Part shown: piece by piece, positions 59,703-64,000 of the stretch | Numbering within the stretch: the stretch's first letter is position 1 | How the letters are laid out: every line of letters begins with the position of its first letter | Assembly (NCBI GenBank): GCA_964291405.2 | Contig: OZ219926.1 | Location: forward strand, 96,001 to 160,000 | Source: Thermodesulfobacteriota bacterium | GTDB taxonomy: Bacteria; Desulfobacterota; Binatia; Bin18 | Length of the DNA stretch: 64,000 nt | Direction of reading: 5' to 3' | Position numbers and translations under genes: made by a program | Notes under the pieces: model-generated | The model's database searches: none | Told to the model about the DNA's origin: nothing | Seen by the model: the letters and a program-made list of their open reading frames with translations, nothing else

Positions 59703-60607
59703 AGCTGGGATTTGTTGGTGTTGGCAATATGGGCAACCCTATGGCGCTCAATCTTCTGAAGGCCGGCCATTCTCTTCAGGTGTATGACATCAAACAAGAG
59801 GTAGCCAGCAATCTTATCGAAGATGGGGCAACCTGGGTCGAGAGTCCCAAGGCCGCGGCCACCGGTGTGGAAGCCATCTGTCTCTCCTTACCCATGCCCG
59901 CACACGTCGAAGAGGTCGTCCTAGCTGACAACGGGGCCTTGGCCGGTATTGCCAAAGGGAAAACCATTATCGATATGAGCACAAATTCGCCAACCGTCGT
60001 CAAAAAACTGGCAGAACATGTGAACGCTCAGGGGGTACATTTTCTTGATGCGCCGGTCAGCGGTGGGGTGCGCGGCGCGCGTAAAGGCACGCTGGCCATC
60101 ATGGTTGGTGGGGATAAGGCGGTGTACGATTCGTGTGAATCCGTACTGCAATGCATGGGTAGCAACGTGTTTCATGTCGGGGATATTGGGGCGGGCAATG
60201 TCGCCAAGCTAGTAAATAATATGCTGGCCTTTATTCATATGATGGGTGGCGCCGAAGCCCTCATCCTTGGGGCCAAAGCCGGTGTTGATCCGAATGCACT
60301 GTGGAAAATCGTCAAAGCCAGTAGCGGGAATAGCTTTATCTGGCAGTCTGGAACCAGAGCCATTTTGCGCGATCGGCTCGCGCCAACGTTTACGATCGAC
60401 CTCGCCTGCAAAGATATGGGTCTCGCCACTGACCTTGGCGCGGAATTGGACGTACCCCTGACTATGGCCTCAGCCGCACAAGGGCTGCTCAAAGCCTATC
60501 AGTCGGGCGGGTTTGCTCAGGAAGACGTGTTGGCGACAATCAAAGCCCTTGAACAACAGACGGAGACAACCGTGCGTGGCACCTGGGACGACGCGAACGA
60601 GTCGTAG
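59699..60607 (+). CDS. Beta-hydroxyacid (3-hydroxyisobutyrate/tartronate semialdehyde) dehydrogenase family protein
   Basis: GFVGVGNMG, DAPVSGG, AKLVNN, KDMGLA. Confidence 0.92.
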   Translation: MKLGFVGVGNMGNPMALNLLKAGHSLQVYDIKQEVASNLIEDGATWVESPKAAATGVEAICLSLPMPAHVEEVVLADNGALAGIAKGKTIIDMSTNSPTVVKKLAEHVNAQGVHFLDAPVSGGVRGARKGTLAIMVGGDKAVYDSCESVLQCMGSNVFHVGDIGAGNVAKLVNNMLAFIHMMGGAEALILGAKAGVDPNALWKIVKASSGNSFIWQSGTRAILRDRLAPTFTIDLACKDMGLATDLGAELDVPLTMASAAQGLLKAYQSGGFAQEDVLATIKALEQQTETTVRGTWDDANES

Positions 60608-60615
60608 GGACCTGC

Positions 60616-62235
60616 ATGCAGCTCTATACAAAGATTCTCATCGGGATGGTGGTCGGCGCGCTGGTCGGTCTCTTGCTCGGCCCTAATTCACTCTTCCTGA
60701 CACACGACGTCTATGCGATTCGCGATGCCTCGCAGATCGTCTTTCAGCAAAACTCGGTCGATGCGTCCTCTCGTGTTCAGCTGCCGGCTGGTGTCCCAAT
60801 CCAGATGAGGTTGCTCGAAACTACGTTCGAGCAATACCCTGATCTTCTTGGACAGGAGAGAGAAGTCCCCGTTTGGGCAAAAGTCCAGTTTCCTTTTAGT
60901 CAAAGACTGGCGCTGGCAGACCAGTCCGGCCGCATTCGTCAGCAACTTGGCGTGCTCTCTCCAGGCGGCCAAGTAGAAGGCTGGCTGCAAATTTCCAGAA
61001 CCCCACTGGAGGGAGGTGGCTTTGCTTTTTCCCCGCGGCCGATCAGTCGGTTTGGCGAGCAGGTGATCACCATCCTTCGTCCCATCGGTCAGGTATTCAT
61101 GCGTCTGATCAAGATGGTTGTTGTCCCCTTGGTTTTCGCCTCACTGCTGGTTGGCGTGGCTAGCCTTGGCGATATTCGGAAACTGGGACGCCTGGGAAGT
61201 CGAACGCTGGGCCTCTACCTTGGAACAACCGCAGTTGCGGTCTCCATCGGACTCGTCTGTGCATATGTCGTCCAACCCGGTCAGTTTATTGACCCAGCCG
61301 ACCGCACCGTACTGCTCGCCCAGTTCGGAGCCGCGGCAGGCGACCGAATGTCCGCCGCCGCCGTTTCCCCCTCCATGGTCGATACCCTCCTCGACGTTAT
61401 CCCGACGAACCCCATCGACTCGCTCACCAGCGGCAATATGCTCCAGATTATTTTCTTCGCTATTGTCTTAGGTGTCGCGATTACGGCACTGGGTCCCGAG
61501 GAAAACGCGAGTGTGGTCACGCTCTTTGAGAAGCTTCAGAACGCCATGATCATCATCATAGGTTGGGTTATGGCCCTAGCTCCGTACGGCGTTGCCGCCC
61601 TTGTCGCAGAAGTGATCGGGACGAGCGGGATCAGCGTGCTGACGGCTCTACTCGTATACGGCGGCACGGTCGTCCTTGGCTTGGCCATTCATGGCGGCAT
61701 TGTGTATGGCGGTTTGGTTCGGCTGATCAGTCGCCTGTCGTGGATTTCGTTTATGCGGGCTGCCCGCCCGGCTCAGCTCATCGCTTTCTCGACCTCCTCT
61801 TCGTCAGCCACCCTGCCCGTTTCCATAGAGTGCGCCGAGAAAAATATCGGCGTAAGTAATCCGGTCGCGAGTTTTGTCCTCCCCCTTGGCTCTACCGTGA
61901 ATATGGACGGGACGGCACTCTACCAGGGCGTTGCGGCAATTTTTATTGCCCAGGTGTTCCAAACCGACCTGTCGTTCGGCAACCAGCTCGGTATTGTGCT
62001 GGCCGCGACCATGGCCTCGATTGGTGCGGCGGGTGTTCCTGGAGCGGGGATGATTACCCTGGCCCTCGTTCTGACTTCGACCGGGATTCCGACTGTGGGG
62101 TTGGCATTGATTCTCGGCGTTGACCGGATTCTCGATATGTTTCGGACAGCGGTGAACGTCACCGGAGACCTGGCGATCACAACAGTCATGGCCAAGAGTG
62201 AAGGCGAACAGTTGGCCCTCCAACCACCAACATAG
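60616..62235 (+). CDS. Dicarboxylate/amino acid:cation symporter (DAACS) with soluble insertion
   Basis: LIKMVVVPLVF, AFSTSSSSATLP, TVNMDGT, DRILDMFRTAVNV. Confidence 0.95.
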   Translation: MQLYTKILIGMVVGALVGLLLGPNSLFLTHDVYAIRDASQIVFQQNSVDASSRVQLPAGVPIQMRLLETTFEQYPDLLGQEREVPVWAKVQFPFSQRLALADQSGRIRQQLGVLSPGGQVEGWLQISRTPLEGGGFAFSPRPISRFGEQVITILRPIGQVFMRLIKMVVVPLVFASLLVGVASLGDIRKLGRLGSRTLGLYLGTTAVAVSIGLVCAYVVQPGQFIDPADRTVLLAQFGAAAGDRMSAAAVSPSMVDTLLDVIPTNPIDSLTSGNMLQIIFFAIVLGVAITALGPEENASVVTLFEKLQNAMIIIIGWVMALAPYGVAALVAEVIGTSGISVLTALLVYGGTVVLGLAIHGGIVYGGLVRLISRLSWISFMRAARPAQLIAFSTSSSSATLPVSIECAEKNIGVSNPVASFVLPLGSTVNMDGTALYQGVAAIFIAQVFQTDLSFGNQLGIVLAATMASIGAAGVPGAGMITLALVLTSTGIPTVGLALILGVDRILDMFRTAVNVTGDLAITTVMAKSEGEQLALQPPT

Positions 62236-62280
62236 CGCACCCTTCTCCCAGGGTGACAGCAAAGGAAGAGACCTGCCTCT

Positions 62281-63075
62281 ATGAGCGAACTCCTTTTCGA
62301 CCACACTGGCTCTGATGGATCAATTGCAACGGTGACCTTTAACCGGCCTGAGGCGCGGAACGCCCTCACCTGGACTATGTACGCTGCGCTAGAAGAAGCC
62401 TGCGAGGTCGTTGACCGGGACGACACGATCAAAGTGCTCATCCTGCAGGGAGCTGGCGACAAAGCCTTTGTCTCCGGTACAGACATCAGCCAGTTTACCT
62501 CGTTCGAGGAAGACTCAGACGCGATTGAATACGAGCGTAAACTCGAACGCCTTATCAGTCGCCTCGAAACCGTTAACAAGCCGGTTATTGCCGCGGTTCA
62601 AGGCGTTGCCGTCGGGGCCGGTGCAGCCTTGGCTTTAGTGAGCGATCTGCGCTACTGTACCCCGGAGAGTCGGATAGGCTTTCCCATTGCCCGTACCCTG
62701 GGAAACTGTCTGAGCGTGGCTATCCATTCCCGTATTGTTGACGCCATAGGTCCGGCGAGGACAAAGGAGCTGATGTTTCGCGCCCGACTGGTTGGAGCCC
62801 AGGAAGCCCTGCAACTCGGTCTGGTCAATGAAATTTTTGAGACCGACCAGCTTAGCCATCGGGTGCGCCAGATAGCCGAGGAAATCTCTCAGAACGCCCC
62901 CCTGACTCTCCAGGTTACCAAAGAGGCCGTTCGGCGCTTGCAACACCATAGGCGCGCAGTCGGCGAGGATATTTTGGGAGAAGACCTGATTGTCCGCGCC
63001 TATATGAGTGAAGATTTTCGCGAAGGCGTGGCCGCGTTTCTGGCCAAACGCCTACCGCATTTTCGGGGGCGGTAG
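62281..63075 (+). CDS. Enoyl-CoA hydratase/isomerase family protein
   Basis: NRPEARNAL, AFVSGTDI, PIARTLGN, SEDFREG. Confidence 0.93.
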   Translation: MSELLFDHTGSDGSIATVTFNRPEARNALTWTMYAALEEACEVVDRDDTIKVLILQGAGDKAFVSGTDISQFTSFEEDSDAIEYERKLERLISRLETVNKPVIAAVQGVAVGAGAALALVSDLRYCTPESRIGFPIARTLGNCLSVAIHSRIVDAIGPARTKELMFRARLVGAQEALQLGLVNEIFETDQLSHRVRQIAEEISQNAPLTLQVTKEAVRRLQHHRRAVGEDILGEDLIVRAYMSEDFREGVAAFLAKRLPHFRGR

Positions 63076-63158
63076 CAAGCGTATATACCCAACCCCAGAC
63101 TGGCTCAAAAACAACGTGGACAACAGCCTCTACTGGCTGCGTAGGCAGCGAAACGGAG

Positions 63159-64000
63159 ATGATGATGCCGCTCTCGGGAGTAAAAGTCGTTGAGGTTGGT
63201 ATGAACTTGGCCGGCCCCTTAGCCGGCGCTATTATGGCCGATCTCGGAGCAGACGTGATCAAGGTCGAGCGACCTGAAACCGGGGATGACGCCAGGGCTT
63301 GGGGACCGCCATTTGTCGAGCATACCTCCCTGCCCTTTCAGAACATGAACCGCAACAAACGCTCGGTTGTGGTCGACTTCAAAGACGCGACGGACATGGA
63401 GCGCCTGTATCAACTCATCGAACAAGCCGACGTGTTTCTCCACAATCTCCGTCCCGGGGTCACCGAGCAAGTTGGACTGGAAGCCGATCTCCTCCTGTCT
63501 CGCAACCCTACACTCGTCTATTGCGGCGTGACGGCCTTTGGTCATACAGGACCACTTAAGGATAAGCCCGGCTATGAGGTGCTGCTGCAAGCTTTTGGTG
63601 GGCTGATGAGTATGACTGGCCAGGAAAATGGCCCGCCGGTGCGTATGGGCACCTCGGTCGTCGATTATGGCACAGGGATGTGGACCGCCATTGCCGCCCT
63701 GGCTGCCCTCCGCAAACGAGACAAAACCGGCCGCGGCTGCATTGTTACGACATCACTTTTTGAGACCGCAGTCTTCTATGTCAGTACCGCGCTGATCCAA
63801 TATAAAAAGACCGGCAAAGCGCCTGCTCGCCATGCAACCGGCAGTCCACGTCAGGTTGCCTTTGGCGCCTTTGAAACGCGGGATGGCCCCTTAGTCCTAG
63901 GTGTAGCCAACAGTCGGCTGTTCTTCAAACTCGCCAAAGCCCTTGGCCGCGAGGAATGGGTAACCGATCCTCGCTATCAAACGAATGCGAGTCGCATGGA
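63159..64000 (+). CDS. CaiB/BaiF family CoA transferase (3'-truncated; not in ORF track)
   Basis: Own translation: MPLSGVKVVEVGMNLAGP…ADLGADVIKVERP…NRNKRS…NLRPG. Confidence 0.92.
   Translation, partial: MMMPLSGVKVVEVGMNLAGPLAGAIMADLGADVIKVERPETGDDARAWGPPFVEHTSLPFQNMNRNKRSVVVDFKDATDMERLYQLIEQADVFLHNLRPGVTEQVGLEADLLLSRNPTLVYCGVTAFGHTGPLKDKPGYEVLLQAFGGLMSMTGQENGPPVRMGTSVVDYGTGMWTAIAALAALRKRDKTGRGCIVTTSLFETAVFYVSTALIQYKKTGKAPARHATGSPRQVAFGAFETRDGPLVLGVANSRLFFKLAKALGREEWVTDPRYQTNASRM

Overview
A 64-kb stretch of bacterial chromosome, mostly core and metabolic genes. The gene mix (several acyl-CoA dehydrogenases, SDRs, crotonases, an LLM oxidoreductase, a split cytochrome b with an octaheme c) suggests a Deltaproteobacteria-like lineage such as Binatia; this is inference only. 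Core genes: murI, secA, argJ, gatCAB, yraN, serS, trmI, a sirtuin and tRNA-Ser(UGA). Other loci: a xanthine-dehydrogenase-family L-S-M-G operon, a Rieske/cyt b6/subunit IV/octaheme c/cupredoxin respiratory operon, a MoxR-VWA-DUF151-TPR cluster and a two-component locus. I see no integrase, transposase or CRISPR array. Main unexplained signals: (1) six dispersed ~54-bp palindromic elements, one inside a complete promoter-hairpin-RBS-orphan ORF-terminator unit; (2) an 850-bp intergenic region with a nested MITE/REP structure, twin TTGACTATAGTCAA palindromes and a 30/32-nt copy of the DUF151 nuclease translation-start region; (3) a SecA with a ~285-aa Tyr-periodic helical insertion; (4) a membrane-anchored Rad50-like ATPase with no nuclease partner; (5) a 59-bp synonymous-variant self-duplication that breaks a crotonase; (6) a parS-like site and a DnaA-box-flanked AT-rich region. 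Two single-base homopolymer frameshifts, one in essential serS, point to sequencing errors. All calls are by eye; no database search was run.
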